64,000 bases of DNA, taken from positions 205,446 to 269,445 of the forward strand of contig MHWQ01000002.1 of assembly GCA_001824255.1 (NCBI GenBank), given 5' to 3'. This DNA is from Candidatus Zambryskibacteria bacterium RIFCSPLOWO2_02_FULL_51_21. GTDB lineage: Bacteria; Patescibacteriota; Minisyncoccia; Phycocordibacterales; Zambryskibacteraceae. Position numbers and translations under genes: made by a program. A model generated the notes under the pieces. It did no database searches and was not told the origin of the DNA. It saw nothing but the letters and a program-made list of their open reading frames with translations. Below, piece by piece: positions 1 to 10,553 of the stretch (positions are counted from its first letter, which is position 1; each line of letters begins with the position of its first letter).

Positions 1-620
1 TTGGCCTTCTGACTTGCTTCGACCACCGTCTTCTGCCCGGTAAGCTCGGTATTGAGACTGGCAATTTGCTTCCTCGCTGCCTCTTTCTTTTTCTTCTCTA
101 GGGAGAGCTCCTGCTTGGTATCGCGAAGAGTCGCTACCTCGTTACCCAAATCGCCGGAGAATCCCTCAAGCTGGCTTCTGTCCCGCCAAGCATCAGTGAA
201 GTTGGTGGAAGCCAGCATGTCTATCCAGAGCGGGCGCGTATCGTAGCCGGAGATGCTTCGGAGTGCCGTTTTAATCGCATTCTGATGGACATTAATCTGC
301 GCTTCTTTGTCCCCTATCGTGTTCTCAAGCGATTTGATGGAGAGGTCAGTCGAGCTTATTTTTGACTGAGTAATCTTGATATCAGTGGCGAGCTTCTTCT
401 TCGTTGCGTCAAGCGATTTCACCGCCGTGCCAAGATTTTGGCTCTCGCGATTTACCGCCTCAAGCTCGGTTTCCAGCCGTCGCTGTTCCGCCACGAGCGT
501 TTCTCTCTCGCGACGTATAACCTCCATTCTGGCGGATATCTGGGAGGGGTCAGTCGCTCTCGCGAAAGAAACAATAGACAAGAAGCAAGAAACGATGATT
601 AGAGCCTTAAATCTTCGCAT
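1..620 (-). CDS. Secreted coiled-coil protein, N-terminal part (runs off window start); EnvC/M23-activator-like coiled coil
   Basis: Manual minus-strand translation: ATG at 618-620, signal peptide MRRFKALIIVSCFLSIVSFARA, then long heptad-rich coiled coil; no stop before position 1; not in ORF track because stop is outside window. Confidence 0.55.
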   Translation of the reverse strand, partial: MRRFKALIIVSCFLSIVSFARATDPSQISARMEVIRRERETLVAEQRRLETELEAVNRESQNLGTAVKSLDATKKKLATDIKITQSKISSTDLSIKSLENTIGDKEAQINVHQNAIKTALRSISGYDTRPLWIDMLASTNFTDAWRDRSQLEGFSGDLGNEVATLRDTKQELSLEKKKKEAARKQIASLNTELTGQKTVVEASQKA

Positions 621-1824
621 TTAGCACCATTATAGCTCTTTCGAGGCGCTTCAGGGACTTCTCTTTACCCAATATTTCCAGCATGGTGAAGGGGTCGGGA
701 GATGCCTCGGCACCCGTCAGGGCGTAACGCACGGGCCAGAGTACATTGCCCTTCCCTTCCCTCTCCGCGTATTCCATCAAATTTCCATTTTCTTCAATAA
801 TCTTCTTCGCTTCTGCCAAGTGCTTCAGCGTTTCTTCTTTCGAAACTTTCTTCCAAGAGATTTTCTCCACGTCCAAATCCGGCTCACCTGCCATGTAGGG
901 CTCGTTCTCAATTTCTTTTAGCAAAATTTTTCTCTGTCCCTCCTTGGGCAAGAGTTTAATATGTTCCTTGTTGACCCATTGGAGTTTTTTCACATCGAAG
1001 AAAGCGCTGCTCTTCTGCACATGAGAGAAATCAAAAACACCTATCAATTCTTGGAGAGTGAATATTTCTTGTTCCGTGCCGGGATTCCAACCCAATAAGG
1101 CCATGTAATTGATTATTGCTTCCGGCAGATAACCCTCATCCTTATAAGTGCTAAGCCAGACAGCTGCACCATGTTTGCGCTTCGAGAGCTTCTTCCTGGA
1201 TTCATCGACAATCACGGGCAAGTGAGCATATATGGGACGCTCCGCGCCAATCGCTTCTTGGATGAGAATCTGCCTCGGCGTATTAGAAATATGCTCCTCG
1301 CCTCTTATAACATGTGTCACTTTCGATTCATGGTCATCGACGACAACAGCCAGATGATACAGCGGTTCTTCCACGCTTTTTGCAATGACAAAATCTCCGA
1401 GTTCCGTAGTGTCGAATTCCACGGAGCCGCGCACCAGGTCATCGAACTGAATTTTCTTATTCGGATTTTTGAAGCGAATTACCTCATCTCTTTGACCTTC
1501 TTCTTTCGGCTCTTCCTTGGACACGTAGGCCAGGCCGTCATCAATCATTTTCTTCAAATATCCTTTGTAAACATCCGTTCTCTCGGATTGTCTGTAAAAT
1601 TCGTCATGCTCAAGGCCGAGCCATTTCAGTCCGTTCAAGATATCGTCTTCGTATTCTTTCTTATTGCGTTCTTTGTCCGTATCTTCGATTCTCAATATAT
1701 ATTTGCCGCCGTTGTGCCTTGCGAAAAGAAAATTAAAAAGCGTGGTGCGTACGCTCCCGATGTGCAGATAACCCGTCGGCGACGGCGCCATGCGCACCAC
1801 TATATTTTCATTTTTCGATTTCAT
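607..1824 (-). CDS. gltX: Glutamate--tRNA ligase (class I)
   Basis: HIGS (PSPTGYLHIGS) and KLSKR motifs, full-length GluRS-like 405 aa. Confidence 0.9.
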   Translation of the reverse strand: MKSKNENIVVRMAPSPTGYLHIGSVRTTLFNFLFARHNGGKYILRIEDTDKERNKKEYEDDILNGLKWLGLEHDEFYRQSERTDVYKGYLKKMIDDGLAYVSKEEPKEEGQRDEVIRFKNPNKKIQFDDLVRGSVEFDTTELGDFVIAKSVEEPLYHLAVVVDDHESKVTHVIRGEEHISNTPRQILIQEAIGAERPIYAHLPVIVDESRKKLSKRKHGAAVWLSTYKDEGYLPEAIINYMALLGWNPGTEQEIFTLQELIGVFDFSHVQKSSAFFDVKKLQWVNKEHIKLLPKEGQRKILLKEIENEPYMAGEPDLDVEKISWKKVSKEETLKHLAEAKKIIEENGNLMEYAEREGKGNVLWPVRYALTGAEASPDPFTMLEILGKEKSLKRLERAIMVLNAKI

Positions 1825-2953
1825 GTTCCAGCGCTATTTTCAAAATTTCTTCCGCCACGAGCTTGGCGGCGTCGGGTTTGTAGAAGGCCTTGGCGGCAGC
1901 TTTCATTTCGTCCCTGACAGGATGGTTCTCAACCAGTCGGTCAATCTCCGCGATTAATATATTAGGAGTGAGATTCATCTCTTCCACTACCGTGCAGGCG
2001 CCCGAACGGGCGTAGGCGAAAGCATTAGAGCGCTGGTCGTGGCTTACTTTCTCGTTTATGGGAATGATGATGGAAGGCGCGCCCCAGGAAGCGATTTCGA
2101 AAATGGTTGAGCCGGCGCGCGAGACCACGACCGAGACCAGGCCCGCGGCCATGCGCAGAGCGAGACTGTTGAGATAATCGAATACTTTGTAACGGTCTTT
2201 GTGCACTGAGCCGTGGAGCACCGCGTCCGCCGTCGCCTTGACCTCGGGAAAGTTGTTCGGGCCCGTCTGATGGATGACGGCATATTTCTCGACCAGAGTC
2301 TTCGCCGCTTCTATGACTGCGCCGTTGATTTTCTGCGAACCCTGCGAGCCGCCGAGAATAAGCACTACGGGGACGTCGGGTTCAAGCTGGAGGAACTCCC
2401 TCGCTCCTTCGAGAATTGGCGTGGCAATCTCCTTCCTCACCGGCTGGCCGGTGTAAGCGGTTTTCTCCGGGGGAAAGAACTGCCCCGCTTCCCGGTATGA
2501 AATCGCTATGCGCTGCGCGAACTTGCCGGCCCAGAGATTCACCCGGCCGGGCACCGAGTCGGACTCATGGATGACAACCGGGATGAAGAGAATGCGCGCC
2601 GCGAGTAGCGCCGGAAAGGAGGCGTAGCCTCCTTTCCCGAACACGACGTCGGGGTAAAGGTTGAAAACCTGCACGACGGAGGTCAGTATCCCCCACCCCG
2701 TTTTGAAAAGGTCGAAGAAGTTCTTGAGGAAATTGAGTCCGTTCTTCGAGCGCCTGAGCTTGCCGGCGCTGTTCTTCCGGTATTCGATGCCGTGTTCAAA
2801 GAGAGCGCCCGGGTTGTACGGCGTCGGCGACATGTAGAAGAGCTCGAGTTCGAGCAAATGCTTGTCTTTGGCAAGCGCCTTGAGCTCGTCGGCAATGGAA
2901 ATAATCGGGTAGAAGTGTCCTCCTGTGCCTCCGCCGGTGAATAGAATTCTCAT
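1808..2953 (-). CDS. murG: UDP-N-acetylglucosamine--N-acetylmuramyl-(pentapeptide) pyrophosphoryl-undecaprenol GlcNAc transferase
   Basis: N-terminal GGGTGGH motif, GT28 architecture, dcw cluster context. Confidence 0.9.
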   Translation of the reverse strand: MRILFTGGGTGGHFYPIISIADELKALAKDKHLLELELFYMSPTPYNPGALFEHGIEYRKNSAGKLRRSKNGLNFLKNFFDLFKTGWGILTSVVQVFNLYPDVVFGKGGYASFPALLAARILFIPVVIHESDSVPGRVNLWAGKFAQRIAISYREAGQFFPPEKTAYTGQPVRKEIATPILEGAREFLQLEPDVPVVLILGGSQGSQKINGAVIEAAKTLVEKYAVIHQTGPNNFPEVKATADAVLHGSVHKDRYKVFDYLNSLALRMAAGLVSVVVSRAGSTIFEIASWGAPSIIIPINEKVSHDQRSNAFAYARSGACTVVEEMNLTPNILIAEIDRLVENHPVRDEMKAAAKAFYKPDAAKLVAEEILKIALEHEIEK

Positions 2954-4053
2954 GAAGATTTTTGGGACTTTGAGATAGAGAGAACGACTCCGATTTCGAA
3001 CACACTCAGGAAAAGCGAGCTGCCGCCGTGCGATACGAAAGGCAGTGTAATACCTGAGAGCGGTATCACTCCGAGCATGGCGCCGATATTGACGAATGCC
3101 TGGGAGATAATCATTATAACAATCCCCGCCGCCGTCAGTCTACCGAAGACGTCCGGCACATTGCCCGCGATTTTGAGCCCTCTCACAGTAAAAAGGGTGA
3201 ATATGGCGATGAGCAAGACCGAACCCACGAAGCCGAATTCTTCCGCCGCCACGGCGAATATCGAATCGCCCACCGGTTCGGGAAGGTAGGTGAATTTCTG
3301 CACGCTCTGGCCGAAGCCCTTGCCGAACAGTTTCCCTGAGCCAATGGCGATGAGCGACTGCTGGATCTGATAGCCAGAACCGAGAGCGTCCGAAGTGGGA
3401 TTGAGGAAGGTGGTGATTCTCTGCATGACGTAGGGCCGGGTGAAGGCGAGGAAGGTGATGCCCGCGAGGCCGGCCAGGGCTATCACGGCTATATGCCGCC
3501 AGCGCCCGCCGGCAGCCACGAACATGCCGAGTCCCGTCGCCACGATAACCATGAAGTTGTCCGTGTCCGGCTGCTTCAGGAGAAGCGCCCCGCAGAGACC
3601 GAGCAAAACAATAAGCGGCAGAAGGCCGCCGGAAAAAGTTTTGATTTTCTCCTTCGCCCCCGCAGCCCAGGCGGCAAAATAAATTATGAAAGCGAATTTG
3701 AGCGCTTCAGACGGCTGGAACGAGAGCTCTCCAACCCTAAGCCAACGCCTGGCTCCTCCGTGTTCGAAGCCGATGGAAGGAATAAGAACCAGAATATTGA
3801 GGACGACGGCGATAACCAGGAGATAGAAGGCCCATTTCTTCCAAACTTTGTAATCGAGCCGGGCGGCCAGAATCATGGCAATCGAACCAAGGAAGAGCCC
3901 GAGCACTGTCTGCGAGAAGGCGACGCTTGAATAGTTGGAAGTCTCCTTGGCTAGGAGCCCGAGCGAGGCGGAAGAGAAGATGAAGAAGCCTGCCACTATC
4001 AAAATCACGGTAATGATTAGAAATGTTTTGTCCGCTCTCATGCCGCGCGCCAT
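2950..4053 (-). CDS. ftsW: SEDS family peptidoglycan polymerase FtsW/RodA
   Basis: 10-TM SEDS-like protein between murG and mraY. Confidence 0.8.
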   Translation of the reverse strand: MARGMRADKTFLIITVILIVAGFFIFSSASLGLLAKETSNYSSVAFSQTVLGLFLGSIAMILAARLDYKVWKKWAFYLLVIAVVLNILVLIPSIGFEHGGARRWLRVGELSFQPSEALKFAFIIYFAAWAAGAKEKIKTFSGGLLPLIVLLGLCGALLLKQPDTDNFMVIVATGLGMFVAAGGRWRHIAVIALAGLAGITFLAFTRPYVMQRITTFLNPTSDALGSGYQIQQSLIAIGSGKLFGKGFGQSVQKFTYLPEPVGDSIFAVAAEEFGFVGSVLLIAIFTLFTVRGLKIAGNVPDVFGRLTAAGIVIMIISQAFVNIGAMLGVIPLSGITLPFVSHGGSSLFLSVFEIGVVLSISKSQKSS

Positions 4054-4101
4054 ATAGAAAAAGATTATAGCATTTATAGACGCGGAACTGCCGTATCAAT
4101 A

Positions 4102-5154
4102 CTACTCTTGAACCCTGTTGTCGGCGTCGAAAGCAATGAAGGAAGTTTCAAGGGCCCGGGTCTGGGAGACGTAGCCGTTGGTGATATGGAGAGCGAGGAT
4201 GACAGCCATGACCACCGCGCCGTTCAAGATGAGGTCGGGATGCTGGTGCTTAATTTTGATGAAGATATTGAAAAGGAGTGCCAGCGTGATGATGCCCAAA
4301 ACGCTATAGAGCATGGCGTCCGTCGCCTGGCGGGGCGAAGCGGCTGCTTCTTTGAAAAATTCCTTGACCGCGTTCTGGGTAACGCGATTAGTGCTCGGAG
4401 ATTTGACTTGAGCTTCGCCGAGAACGTTTGCGGGTTCAGGCGAAGGCGGAGCGTTATTGAGCGAAATCTGGCCATGCTCGCTGGCGGACGAAAGCATGCT
4501 TTCGTCTGAAGATTTCGAGATAGAACGTTCCGCCGCAGCTACTACTGCCGGCCTACCGTAAACCTGCGCCACGAAGACCGTCTGGTTGCCTTTGTAAACT
4601 CCGGTGGCGATGCCGGTGCCCATCTCGGTATAAGCGCCTTTAATTATATTGGCACGGTGTGTCGGAGAATTCATCCAGGCCTCTGTCACGTCCGCCGAAT
4701 CAATGAAATTAACCGCCAGATTTTCTCCGGCATAGACATAAGAATATCCCGCTTTTTGGAACCAGTACCAGGGAGTCTTCCCTTCCGGAGAGGTGTGGGC
4801 GAAGTATGCGTTCCTCGCCATGTCTTCGGCCTTGAGACGCGCTGCTTCATCCAGAAGGGGATTTTCCCTTAGTTCCGGCAAATTATTTTCCAGACGCTCG
4901 GCGTTGGTGAGTGCCGAGAGAACGCCCGGAAGCACCGCCGTGACATTCAGAGTTTGGAGAAAACTGACGAAATTGAGTCCCGGCAGGACAAAGAGTATCA
5001 GCTCGAAGAATAGGATTACGCCTATAAGCTGAGCCGCGTTTTTGCGGTGAAGAATATGGGGCCTATGACCATTTCCCTCGTGCGGTATGAAGTGCTTTTT
5101 GAGCCACTTTTTCATAATTTTATAATGCAGTAAAACCAGCTTAAAGTCAATCAA
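4102..5154 (-). CDS. Membrane-anchored CAP (SCP/PR-1-like) domain protein
   Basis: N-terminal TM, C-terminal CAP domain motifs (GENLA..., HRANI..., YTEMGTG). Confidence 0.65.
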   Translation of the reverse strand: MIDFKLVLLHYKIMKKWLKKHFIPHEGNGHRPHILHRKNAAQLIGVILFFELILFVLPGLNFVSFLQTLNVTAVLPGVLSALTNAERLENNLPELRENPLLDEAARLKAEDMARNAYFAHTSPEGKTPWYWFQKAGYSYVYAGENLAVNFIDSADVTEAWMNSPTHRANIIKGAYTEMGTGIATGVYKGNQTVFVAQVYGRPAVVAAAERSISKSSDESMLSSASEHGQISLNNAPPSPEPANVLGEAQVKSPSTNRVTQNAVKEFFKEAAASPRQATDAMLYSVLGIITLALLFNIFIKIKHQHPDLILNGAVVMAVILALHITNGYVSQTRALETSFIAFDADNRVQE

Positions 5155-6242
5155 CTCTTAACCGAGGCCTTGATAATCGGCATATTGTCCGAGGGAATAA
5201 TTTCGAAACTGATGCGTCCGATAATAAGCCCGTCCGGAGTGGCGACATTTACCCGCCAGAGGCCGGGAGTCAGGTCCGATTTGGCAGAGAAGGTGCGGAA
5301 GCCCTCGCTGCGCCCGCCGGAGAGACGGAGAGGTACTCTGGTCTTCGTCTTCCATTCCCCGTCGCCCTCGTCGTAATACTGCCACTCGTGGACGATGTCG
5401 GTGTTGAGGTCGGCGGGAGAAAAAATAGCGCTGTAAGCGAAGACGGTATTGCCAGGCACGAGATGAATCTTCTGCCTCAAGCTCAAATACTTCGCGAGTC
5501 CACTCTCCTCTTCCTCAAGCACTCTGTAGCCGCCTTGCGGCAGCTTCTCGACATTGTGGTAGATACCGGCGTCTTTGAGCGATAAGGGAATCGGCGGTAT
5601 GAGATTAGTGAAGTAGAGAATATTAAAGAGGATAAAGATGGATGCGACCGAGAGCCAGATGCGCTGCCAGCTTTGTTTGAATCTTTCCCTCGCCACTCTG
5701 TTTAACACAATGATAAAGAACCAAAGCACGACAAGCGAGAGAATCCCGCTTGAGAGGAAGATTATCGCGCCGATTCTGTGGACGAGAAGCGGCAGAAGGA
5801 AAATCATGAAGACAAAAAGCGAGAGGTACAGAAATGCGAGCTGGAAAATTAGTCGTTCGTAATGCTTCTTAAAGACTTCGTTGCCGACGAGCGCAGCCAG
5901 GAGCAGGAGGAGGAACGGCCACGAGACGATGAGTGTTGCCGAGCGGAAATAGAAGATGAAGGAGGCGCCAAGCAGCGCTCCGAAGGAGAATTGCAAGATG
6001 TTCATGAGCCAGAAATATTTCCAGCTTTCCCTGCTATCGCCTGTGTTCTCGGCACGGTTTATGAAGATGATGCAAGCGCCGATAGAAACGAGATTCGCGA
6101 CAAGCCAGAGATTGTCCCAGAGCGAATCTATGCGCTGGAGAGTAAGCGAGTCGAACACGAAGCCGAACATAAGCGAGAAGCTCGAAACTTTCCTCTCGTT
6201 CTCTTCGTACCAACTTTTGAGCTGTGTAAGTTTAGCTAACAA
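5151..6242 (-). CDS. Polytopic membrane protein with C-terminal soluble beta-rich domain (DUF2914-like), hypothetical
   Basis: Multiple TM helices then about 130 aa soluble C-terminal region; 4 nt overlap with downstream gene. Confidence 0.5.
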   Translation of the reverse strand: MLAKLTQLKSWYEENERKVSSFSLMFGFVFDSLTLQRIDSLWDNLWLVANLVSIGACIIFINRAENTGDSRESWKYFWLMNILQFSFGALLGASFIFYFRSATLIVSWPFLLLLLAALVGNEVFKKHYERLIFQLAFLYLSLFVFMIFLLPLLVHRIGAIIFLSSGILSLVVLWFFIIVLNRVARERFKQSWQRIWLSVASIFILFNILYFTNLIPPIPLSLKDAGIYHNVEKLPQGGYRVLEEEESGLAKYLSLRQKIHLVPGNTVFAYSAIFSPADLNTDIVHEWQYYDEGDGEWKTKTRVPLRLSGGRSEGFRTFSAKSDLTPGLWRVNVATPDGLIIGRISFEIIPSDNMPIIKASVKS

Positions 6243-7299
6243 GGTAAAGTATTACGCCCGTTATGGCGCAGACAACCGAGACTATCCAGTAGCGCATGAC
6301 GACTTTCTCGCGCGGCCAGCCCTTCGCCTGGAAGTGGTGATGGAGTGGCGCCACGATAAATACTCTGCGCTTGTGGAAGAATTTGTAAACAAAAATTTGG
6401 ATGATGACAGAAGCGGTCGTCGCCACCAAAGGCAAGGCGATGATGGGCAAGAGCAGGACCGAATCGGTGAGAAAGGCAATAACCGCGAGCGTCACTGTAA
6501 GCGCGAGCATGCCGCTCTCCCCCATGTAGAAACGCGCCGGCGGCACGTTGAACCAGAGGAAGGCCAGTATGCCGCCGGCGATAGCTCCGGAAAGCGCCGA
6601 GATGTCGTATTGAGCGCCAAGGAAGGCAATGGCGGCAAAGGCGGAGAAGCACGAGGCGAGCACCCCGCCCGCCAGGCCGTCGAGCCCGTCTATGACTGAG
6701 GTTGAGAAAGTCCCGAGCACCACTAGGACAAAGAGCGGTATGAACCAGGCGCCAAGCATCCACGGGCCGTCAAAGGGTATATGGATAGAAACGAAATCAA
6801 GCTTGAAGTAGAACCACGAGGCAATGGCCAAGCCGATGAGAGTGACGAAAACGATTTTTACCTTGCGGTAGGCCAGAGCATCCTTGGCATAGCTACCCTG
6901 CCCGAAAATCTGCAGAAGGTCGTCGAAGAGCCCGATAATAGCGGTAAGGAAGAAGGCACCCAGGGGTACTACCGTCTGCGAGCGGCTGAAGAAGTTTACT
7001 TGGTCGAAGATGCTCCGCTCGCCGCCGAAGAGCCCTGCCGGGAAAAATTTCGAGAGTATGAAGATTAAGGCGACGGTAACAAAGACCGAGACCCAGATGA
7101 TGACGCCGCCGACACGCGGGGTCGAGAGTTCATGGTCGGTATTGTGAATCTCTTTGAAAGCGCCCGAGGTATCCGCTTCAGTCCGCGGACTCTTTTTCCA
7201 CATTTTATATTTGTAGAAGTAGCGGGTGAGAATCGGGGTGATGAAAATACCGGTGAAGAAAGTCAGAACTGTAGGAGCAATTATCTTTAAAATATCCAT
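6232..7299 (-). CDS. mraY: Phospho-N-acetylmuramoyl-pentapeptide transferase
   Basis: MraY-like 10-TM protein with conserved DDxxD/HHH regions, dcw context. Confidence 0.9.
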   Translation of the reverse strand: MDILKIIAPTVLTFFTGIFITPILTRYFYKYKMWKKSPRTEADTSGAFKEIHNTDHELSTPRVGGVIIWVSVFVTVALIFILSKFFPAGLFGGERSIFDQVNFFSRSQTVVPLGAFFLTAIIGLFDDLLQIFGQGSYAKDALAYRKVKIVFVTLIGLAIASWFYFKLDFVSIHIPFDGPWMLGAWFIPLFVLVVLGTFSTSVIDGLDGLAGGVLASCFSAFAAIAFLGAQYDISALSGAIAGGILAFLWFNVPPARFYMGESGMLALTVTLAVIAFLTDSVLLLPIIALPLVATTASVIIQIFVYKFFHKRRVFIVAPLHHHFQAKGWPREKVVMRYWIVSVVCAITGVILYLVS

Positions 7300-9086
7300 T
7301 ATTTTATATACACATTGTACCAGAGCGCGAGCATGAGCAGGAGATAAATTTTCCTGGCGTTCTTGCGCGTATTTTCGAAAAGTTTTTCTATCTCACTTTG
7401 GTCAAAATGAGTCTGGATATAACGGCAACTCAAAATTTCTTTGAGCTGTTCAACGCCCAACCATTCCGCAACCGGCACGGGGAATCCCAATTTCTTTCTC
7501 CTTCGCGTCGATTCCGGCAGAATATTCTTGAACGCTTCGCGCAGAATATATTTCGTCGCGCCATTACGCCACTTGAACTTATCTGGAAGCTTAGAAGCGA
7601 GTGTTGCTACGAAACTATCAAGGAACGGCACGCGCAGTTCAAGCGAGTGGGCCATAGTCATCTTGTCAGCCTTGGCCAGGATGTCGCCCACGAGCCAAGT
7701 ATTGATATCTATGTATTGCATCTTGGCCGAATCGCTCAAACTTTTTGCCTCTTCGTACAAATCGCTAAGCTGATATCTTGCCTCGGAGCCGCCCTTCCAT
7801 AATTTCGAAATTTCCGATTGCTTGAAAATTGATGCATTGCCGATATAAGTGTCCTCAATTTTCTGGAGCGCCCTCTCGGCGTAATTTCTCCCACGCAGAG
7901 GAAGCTTCGACAGGAACTTCAATACGCCTTTCGGCAGGAGTGCCAGACGCCGTCGGGCGAATGGCTCTAGGTAAATGTTGTAGCCGCCGAAGAGTTCGTC
8001 GGCGCCTTCGCCTGAGAGCACCACCGTCACGCTCTTCCTCGCTTCGCGCGCAAGGAAGTAGAGCCCTATAGCCGAAGGGTCGGCCACCGGCTCGTCGAAG
8101 TGCCAGACCGCCTTGGGTAAGGTTTCAAAGTACTCTTTCTCCCCCACCGAGATTTCCGTGTGGTCGGTACCTAAGGGTTCGGAAGTTTCTTTCGCTTCAG
8201 CGCCCTCGCTTATAGTTTTGAATCCTACCGTAAATGTTTTTATTTTCTTTTCACCGCGAATCTTTTGCATCAAAGTGGCAATGATGGACGAATCTATGCC
8301 GCCGGAGAGGAAGGAGCCGACCGGCACATCGGCAATCAAGTGGTGCGCTACGGAATCCTTCATGAATTCGAGAATCTCTTTCTTTGTCTCGAGCTCGTCG
8401 AGAGATTTGTCGGGGCTAAATTTGAACTGCCAATATCGCTTCTTCTGCCACTCCCCCGTCATGAGGTCAATAGTCAGATAGTGAGCCGGAGGTAATTTGA
8501 AAACATTTTTGAAAAAAGTTTCTTCGAGCGGATTGTACTGATATGAAAGATAATTATATACGGCTATGTCGTTCACTTCCGCTTTGAAGTCCGGCAATTC
8601 GAGGAAAGACTTGATTTCAGACGAATACGCAAGGATTCGTCCGTCCTGTTTCAAATAGTACAGCGGTTTGATGCCGAAGAAGTCTCGGGCGAGGAAAACT
8701 TTTTTCTCTATAGTATCGTAAACGCAAAAGGCAAACATACCGCGAAGCTTCTTCAAAACGTCCGGGCCCCATTTCACGAATCCAGCCAGAATTACTTCCG
8801 TATCACTGTCCGTTTTCCAAAGATAATCACTTAGCTCTTTCTTAATCTCCTTGTAGTTATAAATTTCGCCGTTGAAAAATATTAGATATCTTCCGTCATC
8901 CGATGATATCGGCTGGTCGCCCTTCACCAGGTCGATGATGGCAAGCCGACGCATGCCAAGCGCCACGTACTCATCGGTATAGAACCCGTCATCATCAGGG
9001 CCCCGGTGTGCGATAACAGCCGTCATCTTCCCTATGAGTTCCTGCTTCGCTAGCTTTTTATTTGTAATTCCTGCTATTCCGCACAT
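7299..9086 (-). CDS. asnB: Asparagine synthetase (glutamine-hydrolysing)
   Basis: N-terminal MCGIAG Ntn amidotransferase, SGGIDSS PP-loop. Confidence 0.9.
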   Translation of the reverse strand: MCGIAGITNKKLAKQELIGKMTAVIAHRGPDDDGFYTDEYVALGMRRLAIIDLVKGDQPISSDDGRYLIFFNGEIYNYKEIKKELSDYLWKTDSDTEVILAGFVKWGPDVLKKLRGMFAFCVYDTIEKKVFLARDFFGIKPLYYLKQDGRILAYSSEIKSFLELPDFKAEVNDIAVYNYLSYQYNPLEETFFKNVFKLPPAHYLTIDLMTGEWQKKRYWQFKFSPDKSLDELETKKEILEFMKDSVAHHLIADVPVGSFLSGGIDSSIIATLMQKIRGEKKIKTFTVGFKTISEGAEAKETSEPLGTDHTEISVGEKEYFETLPKAVWHFDEPVADPSAIGLYFLAREARKSVTVVLSGEGADELFGGYNIYLEPFARRRLALLPKGVLKFLSKLPLRGRNYAERALQKIEDTYIGNASIFKQSEISKLWKGGSEARYQLSDLYEEAKSLSDSAKMQYIDINTWLVGDILAKADKMTMAHSLELRVPFLDSFVATLASKLPDKFKWRNGATKYILREAFKNILPESTRRRKKLGFPVPVAEWLGVEQLKEILSCRYIQTHFDQSEIEKLFENTRKNARKIYLLLMLALWYNVYIK

Positions 9087-9088
9087 GG

Positions 9089-10012
9089 TTAGTTTTGATT
9101 AAGGCTCTTGAAAACCGCGTCGATAAGCATCGCCGCGTCTTCGAAGCGGCCTTTCTCGGTCGAGCCGAGCACAGTCACGATGACCGGACGCCCGAGCTCC
9201 GGGTCGAAGATAAGAGACAGATTGCCGCCGGCCGTCGCGGTGAAGCCGGTTTTAGACGCGAGGAGACCGGGGATGTCCCCCGCCAGAGCATTGGTATTTG
9301 TCGCCTTGTGGCTCTGCTTGTCGAGGGAAGAGAAGACGGCTGAGATTTCCCTCGTCGCCTCGAGATAGTCCGGGTGATGGATGAGAAGATATTCCATGAG
9401 CGCCGTCACGTCCCTCGCGGTACCGTAGGCGCCGCCCTTGAACTCTGTCTCGTCGAGGCCGGTCTCATTCTTGAAATAAGTGTTCCTGAGGTCAAGCGCC
9501 GCGGCTTTCTCATTCATCCTCATCACGAAATCGCCGATAATCTCATCCTCGGACGCTTCCGACTTACTCATTGCGCCGAGTGAGAGAGCCGCGGCACGGA
9601 TGCCGTCGTTCGAGGAGGAAATGAGCGAGAAATCAAGCAGGTCGCCGAGATTCCACTTTTCCCCCGGTTTGAGCCCGCTGTCTCCCTCGGCGGCGAGAGC
9701 CCGGCCGTCAATCGCCACCTCCGCGTAATCCGGGGAGAGCTCGCGCGCCACGAGTGCCGACATAACCTTGGTGAGAGAAGCAAGCGGCAGGCGGAGATTC
9801 TCGTTCTTGGCGTAGAGCACTTCTCCGGTGCGGACGTCATAGACGTAAACAGCCTTGGCCTTGAGCTCGATTTTTTCGAACGGGTTTTGAACCAATTCGG
9901 TTGGCACCGAATTGGTTCTGCGCTCAGCCCGGGAACCGATGAGATAAGAGCCGAGCATGAGAACCGTGAGCCCGGCTGAAAGAAGAACCAGGAATTTTAT
10001 TTCATCAGTCAT
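9089..10012 (-). CDS. Serine-type D-Ala-D-Ala carboxypeptidase (peptidase S11, PBP5-like)
   Basis: SxxK motif (ASLTKVM), SxN (SSN), KTG; N-terminal TM. Confidence 0.8.
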   Translation of the reverse strand: MTDEIKFLVLLSAGLTVLMLGSYLIGSRAERRTNSVPTELVQNPFEKIELKAKAVYVYDVRTGEVLYAKNENLRLPLASLTKVMSALVARELSPDYAEVAIDGRALAAEGDSGLKPGEKWNLGDLLDFSLISSSNDGIRAAALSLGAMSKSEASEDEIIGDFVMRMNEKAAALDLRNTYFKNETGLDETEFKGGAYGTARDVTALMEYLLIHHPDYLEATREISAVFSSLDKQSHKATNTNALAGDIPGLLASKTGFTATAGGNLSLIFDPELGRPVIVTVLGSTEKGRFEDAAMLIDAVFKSLNQN

Positions 10013-10553
10013 TTTTTTCTTCTGGTTCGCCGGATTTTATAAATTCCTCCATTTTTTTGAACGCCGTCTCATAATCCGGCAATTCCTCGCGGCGGGGAGT
10101 GCCCAGATGTTCAAGGAGCTTGAGGGTAGGTTTATAACTGTAACTGCGTTCCCCTTCTATATCTGTCCTCTCGATAAGCCCTCTAATCATTAATGCGCGC
10201 AAAATGTAGCCGCAATTTACCCCCCTGATATGGTCAATTTCGCGCCTTGAAACCGGTCCACGATAAAGAATAATGGCTAGAGTCTCGAGTCCGGCCCGGC
10301 CAAGCTCGCGGGAAAATTCTTCTTTTTGAATCTCTTCTATTAATCCCGAATTGTCTGGGTGAGTGCCGAAGCTATAATTCTCCCCGTCGGTAACGATAAC
10401 TATCCCTCTTTCTTTATAAAATTCCTGCAAATTTTTCAAAACATCTTTTATCTCAAGCTGTGAAGCTCCAAGAAGCTTATGAAGCTCCGAAGCTGTAATT
10501 GGTTCGTTCCGGAAGAAAAGCACTGATTCAATTTTCTTCTCCAGGTCAGGCAT
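10005..10553 (-). CDS. scpB: Segregation and condensation protein B
   Basis: ScpB winged-helix repeats, adjacent to scpA. Confidence 0.85.
   Translation of the reverse strand: MPDLEKKIESVLFFRNEPITASELHKLLGASQLEIKDVLKNLQEFYKERGIVIVTDGENYSFGTHPDNSGLIEEIQKEEFSRELGRAGLETLAIILYRGPVSRREIDHIRGVNCGYILRALMIRGLIERTDIEGERSYSYKPTLKLLEHLGTPRREELPDYETAFKKMEEFIKSGEPEEKND

Noticed and set aside
1171-1917. 248 aa plus-strand ORF antisense to gltX/murG
   Set aside because: Entirely antisense to two well-supported genes; low-complexity Arg/Phe-rich translation; no RBS.
5956-6699. 247 aa plus-strand ORF overlapping mraY and the membrane protein on the opposite strand
   Set aside because: Antisense shadow ORF with Arg/Glu-rich biased composition.
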